This document shows positions 18,620-28,710 of a stretch of DNA of 64,000 nt, piece by piece. The notes under the pieces are model-generated. The model did no database searches and was not told the DNA's origin. It saw only the letters and a list, made by a program, of their open reading frames with translations. The stretch is from positions 291 to 64,290 of the forward strand of contig JAOTVL010000004.1 in assembly GCA_029863525.1 (NCBI GenBank), in the 5' to 3' direction. A program made the translations under genes and the position numbers. The DNA comes from Gemmatimonadota bacterium. GTDB lineage: Bacteria; Gemmatimonadota; Gemmatimonadetes; Longimicrobiales; Gaopeijiaceae. The stretch's first letter is position 1. Each line of letters begins with the position of its first letter.

Positions 18620-21481
18620 ATGTCCGCCGTACGACCCCGGAACCTCTGCCTGTCCGTTTCACTGGTCCTCTCCGCCGCCGCCCTGACCGTTCCGACGCCT
18701 GCCGCGTCGCAACAGACCGAAGAAGCGGTGGTCAACCAGTCCGAAAACCCCCTCCTCCGCCCGTTCCGTTGGCGGTCGATCGGACCCGTCGGCCAAGGAG
18801 GACGGGTCGATGACATCGCCGTTCATCCGACGGACACGCGCATCTTCTACGTCGGCTTCGCGACCGGCGGGCTTTGGAAGACCACGAACAACGGCACGAC
18901 GTTCGAGCCCATCTTCGACGAGTACGAGACGCACTCGATCGGCGCGCTCGCGATCGCGCCGTCCAGCCCGAACATCGTCTACGTCGGCACGGGAGAGGCC
19001 AACAACCGGCAGAGCTCATCGTACGGGGTGGGCATGTACAAGACGACGGACGGCGGCGAGACGTTCCAGCACATCGGCCTGCGCGAGACCCAGTCGATCG
19101 CGCGCATCGTCGTGCATCCGACGGACCCGAATACCGTCTGGGTCGCGGCGGTCGGTCACCTGTTCGGTCCCAACGAAGAGCGTGGTGTCTTCAAGTCCAC
19201 GAACGGCGGGCAGACCTGGGAGCACGTGCTCCGGTTCAACGAGGACACCGGTGCAACCGACCTGATTATCGATCCGTCGAACCCGCAGCGCATGTTCGCC
19301 GCCACCTACCAGCGTCGGCGCTCGGCGTGCTGTTTCGTCGGCGGAGGCCGCGGCAGCGCCATCTGGGCCTCGGACAACGGCGGCGAGAGCTGGTCACGCA
19401 TCGAGGCGAACGGGCTTCCCAACGGAACGATGGGGCGCATCGCTTTGGCGACGACCCCGGCCGACCCCGACGTCATCTACGCCCAGATCGAGGTCGCCGC
19501 GGACCGTGAGCGCCCCCTCACGGACGAGGACCGCGAAGCATGGGAAGCGCTGGCAGAAAACGACGAGCTCCCGCCCGACCCACAGTGGAGCGGAGTATGG
19601 CGCTCGACGGACGGCGGTCAGAGCTGGCAGTTCCGCAGTAACGAGAACGGCCGACCCATGTATTTCAGCCAGATTCGTGTCTCACCGACGGACGTCGACC
19701 TCGTTTACACGGTGGACCAGAGGGTCCAGAAGTCGCGCGACGGTGGGCAGACGTGGGAGACGCTGGACGGGTACGGTCACGTCGACCAACACGCGGTGTG
19801 GATCAATCCGAACGATCACGATCACATCCTGATCGGAAACGACGGTGGGGTCGACGTCACGTACGACCAGGGCGAAACGTGGGAGTCGCTGCGCACGTGG
19901 GCCGTAGGGCAGCCCTATCACGCATCGGTGGACATGCAGCGGCCCTACTACGTCTGCACCGGCCTCCAGGACAACGGAAGCTGGTGCGGACCCAGCTCGA
20001 ACCGCGGCAGCCCCATCCTCGCGACCGACTGGTTCCAGGCCGGAGGCGGGGACGGCTTCTATACGCAGGTCGACCCGACGAACCCCGACATCATCTACTC
20101 CGAGTCACAGAACGGGAACGTCCGCCGCATGAACCTGGCGACGGGCGAGCAGGGGAGCATCCGGCCGCGTGGACCCCGTGGTGCCGGAGGTGGCGGCGGT
20201 GGCGGCGGCGGCGGCGGCGGCGAGCCGAACATCCTGCCGACGCCGCCGGAAGGGACACAGATCCGGTGGAACTGGAACACGCCCATGCTCCTGTCGCCGC
20301 ACAATCCGAGCACGATCTACGTTGCAGGCAACCGCTTCTTCATCTCGCGCAACCGCGGAGACACGTGGACCATGACCGCGGACCTGACCAAGAACGTGGA
20401 CCGGGACCAGATCGTCCTCACGGGCGTTCCGAACGCAATCCCCAGATGCCAGCAGCTCGATCGCGGGGAGAACTGCCTGCCCTCACGCAACGACGGCGTG
20501 TCGAATTGGAGCACCGCGGTGACGATCGCGGAATCGCCGGTGGTGCCCGGTGTCCTGTGGGTCGGCACCGACGACGGCAATATTCAGGTGAGCCGCGACG
20601 GGGGCGCGACGTGGTCGGAGGTGAGCCGCAACCTGCCCGGGGGAACGACGCAGTACTACGTGTCGCGCGTCGAGGCGTCCTGGTTCGACGCGGGCACCGC
20701 CTACGCGTCGCTCGATGGAACGCTATCGGACGACATGGCCCCCTATGTCTACGTGACCCGGGACTATGGGGCGAGCTGGGAGAACATCACCTCGAACCTC
20801 CCCGGGTTCGGCAACGTGAACACCGTGCGCCAGGATCCGCGCAACCCGGACGTCCTCTACGTCGGCACGGAGCTCGGCTTCTTCGTGTCGCGTGACGAGG
20901 GTGGCGAGTGGCACAGGTTCATGAACGGCCTCCCGGTCGTACGCATCGACGACGTGCTCGTGCACCCGCGCGACAACGACCTCGTGCTCGCGACACACGG
21001 CCGGTCGGTGTACGTCATGGACGACATCACGGCGCTGCAGCGGACGACCGCCGAGGTGCTCGCGAGCGACATCCATCTGTTCGAGCCCCGCGAGGCGGTC
21101 CAGTGGAAGATCGACCGTCGGCGAATCCGCTCGGTCACCGGTGACAAGAACTGGACGGGAGACAGCGCTCCGCCGGGAACGGCGATCAGCTACTGGCTGG
21201 CCGACGCGGAACAGGACGTGTCGATCGTCATATCGGACGCCGTCACCGGCGAGCCCTTCCGTACGCTCGAGGGCACGGGAGCGCCTGGCATGAATCGCGT
21301 CCAGTGGAACCTCCGGGGAGAGCGCCAGGAGCAAGGCGGAGGAGGTGGCGGTGGCGGCTTCGGGGGCGGCGGACAGGGCCCGCTGGCCGAACCCGGGGTC
21401 TATCGCGTCACGCTGAGGGCGGGTGGCGAGCAGCGTACGACCACCGTACGGGTGCTGGAGGACACTTGGCTGGGCCGATGA
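18620..21481 (+). CDS. secreted sortilin/VPS10-type BNR-repeat beta-propeller protein
   Basis: 953 aa with a signal peptide. Repeated S-x-D-x-G-x-T-W (BNR/Asp-box) motifs: TTDGGETF, STNGGQTW, SDNGGESW, STDGGQSW, SRDGGQTW, SRDGGATW. Confidence 0.88.
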   Translation: MSAVRPRNLCLSVSLVLSAAALTVPTPAASQQTEEAVVNQSENPLLRPFRWRSIGPVGQGGRVDDIAVHPTDTRIFYVGFATGGLWKTTNNGTTFEPIFDEYETHSIGALAIAPSSPNIVYVGTGEANNRQSSSYGVGMYKTTDGGETFQHIGLRETQSIARIVVHPTDPNTVWVAAVGHLFGPNEERGVFKSTNGGQTWEHVLRFNEDTGATDLIIDPSNPQRMFAATYQRRRSACCFVGGGRGSAIWASDNGGESWSRIEANGLPNGTMGRIALATTPADPDVIYAQIEVAADRERPLTDEDREAWEALAENDELPPDPQWSGVWRSTDGGQSWQFRSNENGRPMYFSQIRVSPTDVDLVYTVDQRVQKSRDGGQTWETLDGYGHVDQHAVWINPNDHDHILIGNDGGVDVTYDQGETWESLRTWAVGQPYHASVDMQRPYYVCTGLQDNGSWCGPSSNRGSPILATDWFQAGGGDGFYTQVDPTNPDIIYSESQNGNVRRMNLATGEQGSIRPRGPRGAGGGGGGGGGGGGEPNILPTPPEGTQIRWNWNTPMLLSPHNPSTIYVAGNRFFISRNRGDTWTMTADLTKNVDRDQIVLTGVPNAIPRCQQLDRGENCLPSRNDGVSNWSTAVTIAESPVVPGVLWVGTDDGNIQVSRDGGATWSEVSRNLPGGTTQYYVSRVEASWFDAGTAYASLDGTLSDDMAPYVYVTRDYGASWENITSNLPGFGNVNTVRQDPRNPDVLYVGTELGFFVSRDEGGEWHRFMNGLPVVRIDDVLVHPRDNDLVLATHGRSVYVMDDITALQRTTAEVLASDIHLFEPREAVQWKIDRRRIRSVTGDKNWTGDSAPPGTAISYWLADAEQDVSIVISDAVTGEPFRTLEGTGAPGMNRVQWNLRGERQEQGGGGGGGGFGGGGQGPLAEPGVYRVTLRAGGEQRTTTVRVLEDTWLGR
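20186..20221 (+). repeat. in-frame Gly-codon microsatellite ending in (GGC)7
   Basis: GGA GGT GGC GGC GGT followed by seven GGC codons, giving about a dozen consecutive Gly. A second Gly-rich run lies at 21335-21373. Confidence 0.9.
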
Positions 21482-22953
21482 GGCGCACGAGACCGGCCAG
21501 CCGGGTGTTCGCCACCCGTCGCCTATTGTCCCTGGCGTTTCTACTCATCCCACTCCCCCTGCTTGCACAAACGACCGCGACCGAACGGGCCGCTGCCCGC
21601 GACATCGTCCGACAGATCGATGAGCTCCAGGCCCGTTTGGACCCGACGGGCCTGGCGAACGAGCTCGCCGGCCGGGCCGACGCCGATCGGGACGCGCTGG
21701 TCCGACGAACGACCGAGCTCTGGGAGTCGGAGATGCAGGCGCTGAGCGATTTCATCGGCCACAACCCGGAGGTGGGCTGGGAGGAGTTCCTCGCGGTCGA
21801 CACGCTCACCGCCGTGCTGGAAAACCGCGGGTGGGACGTCGAGGTCGGTGTGGCGGGGCTGGAGACCGCATTCGTCGCGACCTGGACGTCTCCGGCAGGT
21901 CCGCAGGGCCTCATGCTCGGCTTGATCGGAGAGTACGACGCGCTCCGGGACGCCGACGGCCCGTTCCACGGTGATCAACACAACGCTCAGACGCCCATCG
22001 TGTTCGCCTCGGCGTTCGCGATGGCCGAGCACATGGCTGCCGACGGCATCCCGGGGCGTATCCGCATCTACGGTACCCCCGCCGAAGAGGTGGGCCCGCC
22101 CGCCAAGGTCATCATGCACGAGGCCGGCGTGTTCGACGGTGCGGACATCCTCATCCGCAGCCACGGCGTCACCCAGACATCGCGTGCCCAGGTCGGCTTC
22201 GGGAGTTGCTGCCTGAACATCAACGAGGTGAAGTACACCTTCCTCGGGACACCCTCGCACCAGATGGCGTCCTGGCACGGGCGAAACGCTCTCGCGGCTG
22301 CGGTCCACTTCTTCACCATGGTCGACGGCATTCGTTCGACGCTGCGCCCCGAGGCCTCCATCCAAGGCGTGATCACGGAGGGCGGCGATGCACCCAACGT
22401 CGTGCCTCAACGGGCCGTACTGGACTACTACATCCGGTACCCCGACCCCGTCTATCTCGAGCACATCAGCAAGATGATGGACGATGCGGCGCGCGGCGCC
22501 GCCATGGCCACCGGTACCGAGGTCGAGATCGACCGCTACGGCGAGTACCGCGACGGCATCTCGCTCGGCACGCTGCAAGAGCTTTCGTTCGCCTATGCGA
22601 AGGAGCTGGGTGCACCGAACATCAGCCCCGAGCCGAGTCGCCCGTCGGGATACGAGGAGACCGGCGTGGTCACGAAGGACATTCCGGGCATCGGCATCAG
22701 CGTGTTCAGCTCGCGGGGGGCGAACCATACCCGAGGCATGCTCGAGGACACCTTCAACGAAGTCGGCCACACCGGCTTCCGCATCAGCGCGGAGGTGATG
22801 TCGTCGGTGCTGTATGACTTCCTCACGCGGCCCGACCTCCGGGAGGCGATCGGCGAGGAGCACCGCACGCTGGCGGGCCTTCTGGACCAATACCACGAAG
22901 CACTCCGTGAGGCGTACGCGAGCGAGCTGGGCGGGCCAATCTCGCAGCGTTGA
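21478..22953 (+). CDS. secreted M20-family amidohydrolase / peptidase (AbgB-like)
   Basis: Its ATG overlaps the upstream stop (ATGA). Signal peptide MRRTRPASRVFATRRLLSLAFLLIPLPLLAQ. M20D-like core (GEYDAL, HGDQHN, YGTPAEE). Confidence 0.75.
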   Translation: MRRTRPASRVFATRRLLSLAFLLIPLPLLAQTTATERAAARDIVRQIDELQARLDPTGLANELAGRADADRDALVRRTTELWESEMQALSDFIGHNPEVGWEEFLAVDTLTAVLENRGWDVEVGVAGLETAFVATWTSPAGPQGLMLGLIGEYDALRDADGPFHGDQHNAQTPIVFASAFAMAEHMAADGIPGRIRIYGTPAEEVGPPAKVIMHEAGVFDGADILIRSHGVTQTSRAQVGFGSCCLNINEVKYTFLGTPSHQMASWHGRNALAAAVHFFTMVDGIRSTLRPEASIQGVITEGGDAPNVVPQRAVLDYYIRYPDPVYLEHISKMMDDAARGAAMATGTEVEIDRYGEYRDGISLGTLQELSFAYAKELGAPNISPEPSRPSGYEETGVVTKDIPGIGISVFSSRGANHTRGMLEDTFNEVGHTGFRISAEVMSSVLYDFLTRPDLREAIGEEHRTLAGLLDQYHEALREAYASELGGPISQR

Positions 22954-23071
22954 TCGGCCGGGTGCGTCCTCAATCGCGCCGGCCCGCGCGCGGGGGATTC
23001 CCATTCCCCGGCGAAGCAGTACCTTCGTCGCCTCGGCGCACTGAAAGGCGACCCCTCCGAAGGATCCTGCT

Positions 23072-24178
23072 TTGACCGAATGGACGCCGGACCCGACGCA
23101 CCGGACATGGCTCCTTGCGCTCGTGCGCACGCTGTACTTCTTGCTGCTGCTCTACCTGTTCTTCTTCAGCATCGAGCTGATGAGCCAGGCGTTCAAGATG
23201 GCCGGACGCGGATTCGCCGAGCAGCTCCTCAACACCACAGCGGATCCGCTCGCGGGCCTCATCATCGGATTCCTGGCCACCAGCCTCATTCAGAGCTCGT
23301 CGACGACGACGACGATCGTGGTGGGCCTCGTCGCCTCCGAAGTGCTCACCATACCGCTCGCGATTCCCATCATCATGGGCGCGAACATCGGGACCACGAC
23401 GACGAACACCATCGTCTCCATCGGGCACGTCACGCGGCCCCGCGAGTTCGAGCGGGCCTTCGCAGCTTCGACGGTACACGATTTCTTCAACATCTTGGCC
23501 GCTCTGACGATCCTGCCCATCGAGCTGCTCTTCCACCCGGTCGAGCGCATGGCGCGATTCATGGAGGAGGCCTTCGCGGGCGCGGGGGGATTGGGGTTGG
23601 CGAGCCCCCTCAAGGCCATCGTCGGCCCGCCGGCCGAGGTCCTGACGAGCAGACTCCCCTACGAGATCCCGCTTGTCGCCATAGCCCTCGCGATCCTCTT
23701 CGTGTCGCTGAACCAAATGATGACGGTGATGCGCGGCGCGGTCCTCGATCGCATGAGCGGGCTCTTCGACCGGGTGCTTTTCCGTAACGACGCCGCGTCG
23801 TTCGCGCTCGGCGCGGTAATGACGGCGTCGGTGCAAAGCAGCTCGGCCACGACCTCGCTCGTGGTCCCGCTCGCGGGAACCGGCGTGCTGACCCTGCGAC
23901 AGATCTTCCCGTATACGTTGGGCGCCAACATAGGGACGACCATCACGGCGATCCTCGCGTCGTTCGCCACCGGGAGCGCCGCAGCGGTCACCATCGCCTT
24001 CGCGCATCTTTCGTTCAACATGCTGGGCATCGTCATCTTTTATCCGATTCGCGCGGTGCCCATCTGGATGGCCGAGACCGTCGCATCGTTTGCCGCGCGC
24101 AATAAGGGCAAATCCGCAGCCGTAATCGGCGTATACATCGCGCTGCACATCCTGCCCATCCTGTACGTCATACTCTGA
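23072..24178 (+). CDS. Na+/phosphate cotransporter family protein (NptA-like)
   Basis: Duplicated QSSSTTTTIVVGL / QSSSATTSLVVPL and GANIGTT motifs. Polytopic membrane protein. TTG start. Confidence 0.85.
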   Translation: MTEWTPDPTHRTWLLALVRTLYFLLLLYLFFFSIELMSQAFKMAGRGFAEQLLNTTADPLAGLIIGFLATSLIQSSSTTTTIVVGLVASEVLTIPLAIPIIMGANIGTTTTNTIVSIGHVTRPREFERAFAASTVHDFFNILAALTILPIELLFHPVERMARFMEEAFAGAGGLGLASPLKAIVGPPAEVLTSRLPYEIPLVAIALAILFVSLNQMMTVMRGAVLDRMSGLFDRVLFRNDAASFALGAVMTASVQSSSATTSLVVPLAGTGVLTLRQIFPYTLGANIGTTITAILASFATGSAAAVTIAFAHLSFNMLGIVIFYPIRAVPIWMAETVASFAARNKGKSAAVIGVYIALHILPILYVIL

Positions 24179-24191
24179 GGGGGCCCCACCG

Positions 24192-24863
24192 ATGTGGAAG
24201 GAACTCATCGCCCTGTTCAAGTCCGAAGGACCTCTTCAGGAGGCCTTCGAAGAAGCGATCACGATGCTCGAAGCGTCGCACGGCATGTACAAGGACGCCG
24301 TCGCCGCGCTGCGGGGCGAGGGCCCCATGGCGGTCGACATCTACGAGCGAGATCGCCTGCTCAACAAGTACGAGCGCTCGGTGCGACGGAAGATCGTCAC
24401 GCACATGTCGGTCTCCGCGAAGCCGGACATCAACCTCGGCCTCGTGCTCACCGCGATCGTGATCGACATCGAGCGGATCGGAGACTACACGAAGAACATC
24501 ATGGAGCTCGCCGCTGCGCTCGACAACCCGCTCGACGCGCTCGAGCTCAGCGAGGAGGTCTCGAGACTCGAGCGGACGATCGACGGGATGTTCGGCGACA
24601 TCGTCCCGGCGCTCGAAGGACCGGACGAGGCGCGCGCGCGCAAGATCATGGAGAGGCACTCCGAGGTCTCGAAGGTGGTCGACGCCGCGATTCCGCGGCT
24701 GCAGGACAGCGAGGTCCTGCGCGGGCGATCGGGCCACGCAGTGACGGTGGCGCTGTACATGCGGTACCTCAAGCGTGTGAGCGCACACATCAAGAACGTC
24801 GCGTCGAGCGTCGTAAATCCGTATCACCGCATCGGATTCCGGGAGAAGCCGAACGACGGGTAG
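24192..24863 (+). CDS. PhoU-domain phosphate-uptake regulator-like protein
   Basis: 223 aa and helical. Carries the IERIGDYTKNI motif typical of PhoU repeats. Lies immediately downstream of the Na/Pi transporter. Confidence 0.75.
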   Translation: MWKELIALFKSEGPLQEAFEEAITMLEASHGMYKDAVAALRGEGPMAVDIYERDRLLNKYERSVRRKIVTHMSVSAKPDINLGLVLTAIVIDIERIGDYTKNIMELAAALDNPLDALELSEEVSRLERTIDGMFGDIVPALEGPDEARARKIMERHSEVSKVVDAAIPRLQDSEVLRGRSGHAVTVALYMRYLKRVSAHIKNVASSVVNPYHRIGFREKPNDG

Positions 24864-24926
24864 GCGAGTGCTGCCGCGTCGATCCACCCTGGGTGCAGGT
24901 TCCGCCCGGCCCGACCCGCCTTGAGG

Positions 24927-27626
24927 CTATTCCGCCTGCATCGCGACCACTGGATCGACCATCGTCGCGCGCCGCGCCGGGATGAGGCACGCGGCGAGGG
25001 CCGTCACGGTGAGAAGGGCGCCGACGCCGACCAACACACCGAGATCCGCGGCCGCGACTCCGAAGAGCACGAACGAGAGGCCCTGGCCCAGCAGGACCGC
25101 CAGCGCCAAGCCCAGTACCATGCCGATCGCGAGCTGCAGGCCGGCCTGACCCAGGACGAGGCGCACGACGCTCGATCTGGACGCGCCGAGTGCGACCCGG
25201 AGCCCGAGCTCGTGGCGCCGCTGGTTCACGCTGAAGGACAAGACGCCATAGAGGCCGACGGAGGCGAGGAAGAGCGCCGACGCGCCGAAGACCGTGAAGA
25301 TGACTCCGAAGATGCTGAAGAAGGCCGTACCGCCACGGATCGTCTCCGAGAGCGTGTTGACCTGGGAGATCGGCAGGTCCGGATCCAACTCCGCCACGAT
25401 CTCACGCACGCGCGGCGTGATCTGCAGCGGGTCACCGCGCGTGTGGATCATGAGGTTCACGGCCGAAGAGGTCCGCTGCGCGAGCGGAAGGTAGATCGCT
25501 TCGGGGGCGAGAACGAAGACGTCGCCCTCCAGGTAGAAGTCCGGCGCGACGCCCACGATGGTGTACCAATCCTGTCGCTCCTGGATCTCGGCGCCCGCCT
25601 GGGCCACCCGCTGAATGCGTAGTCGTCGACCGAGTGCTGATTCACCCGCGAAGTACTCGTCGGCGAACTTCTGGTTCACGATGGCCACGGGCGAGGAACG
25701 AGCGTCATCCGAGGGGGCGAACGGACGCCCCTCGACCAGCCCGGCCGACACGGTCTGGAAGTACGCCGGATCGATCGAGCCGATTCGTGCGCTGGGATAA
25801 TCACTGTCGCCGAGGTACGTCTCGCCCTCCAGCTCGAAGCGGCCGTTTCCGAAGCCGGCCGCGGGGAGCTCGGTCGTGACGCTGGTGGAGATCACGCCCG
25901 GCTCACCGTTCAGCCGGTCCCTGAGCTGATCGAACAGCCGAAGTCGATCCTCGTCACTGGGATAGTCCGCCGGTGGCAGCGAGAGAGCCGCAGCAAACAC
26001 GCGGTCGCCTTCGAACGGGTACGCCACATTCGTGATGTTCGTGACGCTCTTCACCATCAGGCCCGCCGAGACGAGGAGCGCGAAGGAAAACGCCACCTCC
26101 CCGATGACCAACCCGCGGCTCAGCCGCCCGATGCTTAGGGACGACGTGCCCCTCGAATCGTCCTTCAAGATGTCGTTGACGTCCGTCCGGGAAGCGCGCA
26201 TGGCCGGGATCCCTCCAGAGAGGAGGCTGGCGACTACCGTCAGCGCCAGGACAAACACCAGGACGGTGGGGTCCAACTCGATGGCGAACCAGAAGGGGAT
26301 CCCTTGCGGGAAGGTGGCCAGGGATTCGTTGAACGCCCCAATGGCGACCTGCGCGATGCCGAGACCGAGCACTGCACCGAGCACGGCGATCACGGTCGAG
26401 TCCATGAGGAGCTGAAACACCACGCGGGACCGACTCGCGCCCAGCGCGGTCTTGAGCGCGACCTCTTTGCTCCGCAAGCTCGCCCGGGCCAAGAGCAGGT
26501 TGGCGACATTGGCGCAGGCGATGAGGAGCACGAGAGAGACGGCCCCGAGCATCGTGTAGAGCAGCCCGGGGATCTGGTATCCGATCAACTCTGACACGTA
26601 GGGCCCGACCACGACGGTCATGCCCTCGTTCGTGTCGGGATGCTCGACCCCGAGCTGATCCATGATCCGCCCGAGGTCTTCCTGCGCCCGCTCACGGGAG
26701 ACCCCGTCGGCCAGACGCCCGAACGCCAGGAGGGACGGACCCGAGCCGCGCTCGAGCGAGAGGTCGACCGCAGGAAGCGGCGTCCATACCTGCTGATTGA
26801 AGGGGAATTCGAAACCGTCGGGCATGATCCCGATGATCTCCGTGGTGCGACCGTCGAGCCGAACCGTGCTTCCGAGCACGTCCATCGATCCATCGAAGCG
26901 GTCCTGCCAGAAGCGATACCCGATCAGCGCTACCGGCGGAGCACCGACCCGGTCGTCTTCGGCGGCGAATCCGCGTCCGATGGTCGGCGGCGTGCGGAGA
27001 AGACTGAATGTGTTCGGCGTGACGTTCGCGCCCTGGACGAGGTCGGGCGGACCGTCGCCGCTTCCGAGGTTGAACGCGACGACCTGGTAGGCGGCGAGTC
27101 CTTCGAGCGTCGACTGGCGCTCACTCAGGTCGTTGTAGTCGTGAATGCGCGTCAGGAGCCGATTGGGACCCTGGGACGGATTCACACGGTTCACCGCGAT
27201 GAGATCGTGCGGCTCCTCGACCGGAAGACCCTTCAGGATCACTCCGTTCACGATGCTGAACATCCCGGTGGTCAGGCCGATGCCGAGCCCGAGCGCGAGG
27301 ATCGCGATGAGCGCCGGTCCCGGCCGACGGAGTAGTCCCCGGAACGCGAGCCGTATGTCCTTCATGAGATCGTCGGGCACGGTGGGTCTCCCTTCGGAGG
27401 GTGATCTGAGGGTTTTGGGCCTCGCGGTCAGCGTATGCCACCAGACTCGTGGAAGCGTCGTGGCGAAGTCCCACACGACGAACGACCAAAGCGTCGCCGT
27501 CTGCCGCACGGTCCGGCATCCACGGGTCGAGGCGTCGAAGTCCGCGAGCATCTCGGACTGGAAGCGGATCCTGAACCACGAGGGATAAAGGAGTAGCAGC
27601 AGGCGAAACGCGCGACGGCCGAACAC
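24927..27626 (-). CDS. ADOP-family duplicated MacB/FtsX-type ABC transporter permease
   Basis: 899 aa with two FtsX-like 4-TM modules and large periplasmic loops. A PadR regulator gene lies immediately upstream. Confidence 0.88.
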   Translation of the reverse strand: MFGRRAFRLLLLLYPSWFRIRFQSEMLADFDASTRGCRTVRQTATLWSFVVWDFATTLPRVWWHTLTARPKTLRSPSEGRPTVPDDLMKDIRLAFRGLLRRPGPALIAILALGLGIGLTTGMFSIVNGVILKGLPVEEPHDLIAVNRVNPSQGPNRLLTRIHDYNDLSERQSTLEGLAAYQVVAFNLGSGDGPPDLVQGANVTPNTFSLLRTPPTIGRGFAAEDDRVGAPPVALIGYRFWQDRFDGSMDVLGSTVRLDGRTTEIIGIMPDGFEFPFNQQVWTPLPAVDLSLERGSGPSLLAFGRLADGVSRERAQEDLGRIMDQLGVEHPDTNEGMTVVVGPYVSELIGYQIPGLLYTMLGAVSLVLLIACANVANLLLARASLRSKEVALKTALGASRSRVVFQLLMDSTVIAVLGAVLGLGIAQVAIGAFNESLATFPQGIPFWFAIELDPTVLVFVLALTVVASLLSGGIPAMRASRTDVNDILKDDSRGTSSLSIGRLSRGLVIGEVAFSFALLVSAGLMVKSVTNITNVAYPFEGDRVFAAALSLPPADYPSDEDRLRLFDQLRDRLNGEPGVISTSVTTELPAAGFGNGRFELEGETYLGDSDYPSARIGSIDPAYFQTVSAGLVEGRPFAPSDDARSSPVAIVNQKFADEYFAGESALGRRLRIQRVAQAGAEIQERQDWYTIVGVAPDFYLEGDVFVLAPEAIYLPLAQRTSSAVNLMIHTRGDPLQITPRVREIVAELDPDLPISQVNTLSETIRGGTAFFSIFGVIFTVFGASALFLASVGLYGVLSFSVNQRRHELGLRVALGASRSSVVRLVLGQAGLQLAIGMVLGLALAVLLGQGLSFVLFGVAAADLGVLVGVGALLTVTALAACLIPARRATMVDPVVAMQAE

Positions 27627-27629
27627 GGC

Positions 27630-27935
27630 TCAGAGAATGCGTCGGAGACGGGCATAATCGACGATCCGCTCCAGCGTGCCGGCTTCGCGCGCGAGCACCT
27701 TCCGGCCGCTCGGCGTGAGCGCGTAGAAGCGTCGACGCTCGTCGGTCTCGCCCTCGGGGGCCTCCACCTCTTCGATCAGACCGACGTCCGAGAGTCGGCC
27801 GAGGGACCAGTACAAAGAGCCCGGTCCGAGCCTCACCGAGCCGCCCGACCGTTCTTCCACCTCGCGGGCCATCGCGTGACCGTGACGTCGGCCTTCGGTC
27901 AACGACAGCATGAGGAAGAAGAACGACGGCGTCAT
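27630..27935 (-). CDS. PadR-family transcriptional regulator
   Basis: LMLSLTEGRRHGHAMAREVEERSGGSVRLGPGSLYWSLGRL winged-helix signature. The internal ATG at 27935 is preferred over 27983. Confidence 0.85.
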   Translation of the reverse strand: MTPSFFFLMLSLTEGRRHGHAMAREVEERSGGSVRLGPGSLYWSLGRLSDVGLIEEVEAPEGETDERRRFYALTPSGRKVLAREAGTLERIVDYARLRRIL

Positions 27936-28134
27936 TCTGATCGGTGACTTGTCATCAGCCACGAATACCCACCCGTTCGGCAATTATCTTGGTTTCTGTA
28001 GTAGTATACGAAGAGAGGGGCGCAGGGGTTTCACCGCGAGGATTTCGCACGGGACGGAGGCTGGTCGCGACACGGTGGCGCGGTTCGGCCGCCCGAGCGG
28101 ATCGCTCCGACCGCGCTTGACCAACCGTGCCGAA

Positions 28135-28710
28135 CTACCGAGCCTCGGCGCGCCGGACGCCCGACGCGATCTCCCCGCCGAGCCGACCTAGCGCCCGACT
28201 CAGGGCCGCGACCGTCGAGGCTCGGTCCGTGCCCACGGCCGACTCGCCGACGAGTGTCGCACGACGCTCGATCAACCCGCCGTCTTGCGTGATCTGCCAG
28301 GTCGCGTCGAGCACGACCTCGCCCGCCGAATCCGCCTCGAACCTACGCACCTGAACCTCGATACCGTAGTCGGGAGCCGCGGAGGCGTACCACGGATACG
28401 AAACGAATGAAGCCCCCGGTAGGAGCGCCGACAGGTTCTCCTCGAGAGCGCGGGCGAGGTTGTCGGGCAGAGGCTCAGCCCAGCGGTCGCTCTCGGCTAG
28501 CGCGATCTCGTTCTCGCCGACCCGCACCACGATCTGAGGCCGATCCAGGTAACCCGGCAGCGAAATGGGACCGAGGCCCAGGACGACAGGCATCGCGGCG
28601 CCCTGCTGGGGTTGCAGCGTCGCGTTCAGGAGGTAAAACGACGACGGATCCGACCTCGGTCCGAGACAGGCCGCCAGCATGATCGGTCCTACGAGCCACG
28701 GGCGCCTCAT
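28135..28710 (-). CDS. PqiC/YmbA-like ABC-transport auxiliary lipoprotein
   Basis: Lipobox MLAAC, then the SSFYLL motif typical of the family. 4-nt overlap with the upstream MCE gene. Confidence 0.75.
   Translation of the reverse strand: MRRPWLVGPIMLAACLGPRSDPSSFYLLNATLQPQQGAAMPVVLGLGPISLPGYLDRPQIVVRVGENEIALAESDRWAEPLPDNLARALEENLSALLPGASFVSYPWYASAAPDYGIEVQVRRFEADSAGEVVLDATWQITQDGGLIERRATLVGESAVGTDRASTVAALSRALGRLGGEIASGVRRAEAR

Noticed and set aside
20186-21373. GGC-rich repeats as a possible CRISPR or other interspersed repeat array
   Set aside because: They are simple in-frame Gly-codon runs inside a well-supported CDS, with no repeat-spacer periodicity.
27945-27954. Palindrome TGACTTGTCA as a PadR operator
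   Set aside because: Its position depends on which PadR start codon is right: inside the CDS if 27983, or at the RBS if 27935. It also does not match the ATGT-N8-ACAT type operator.
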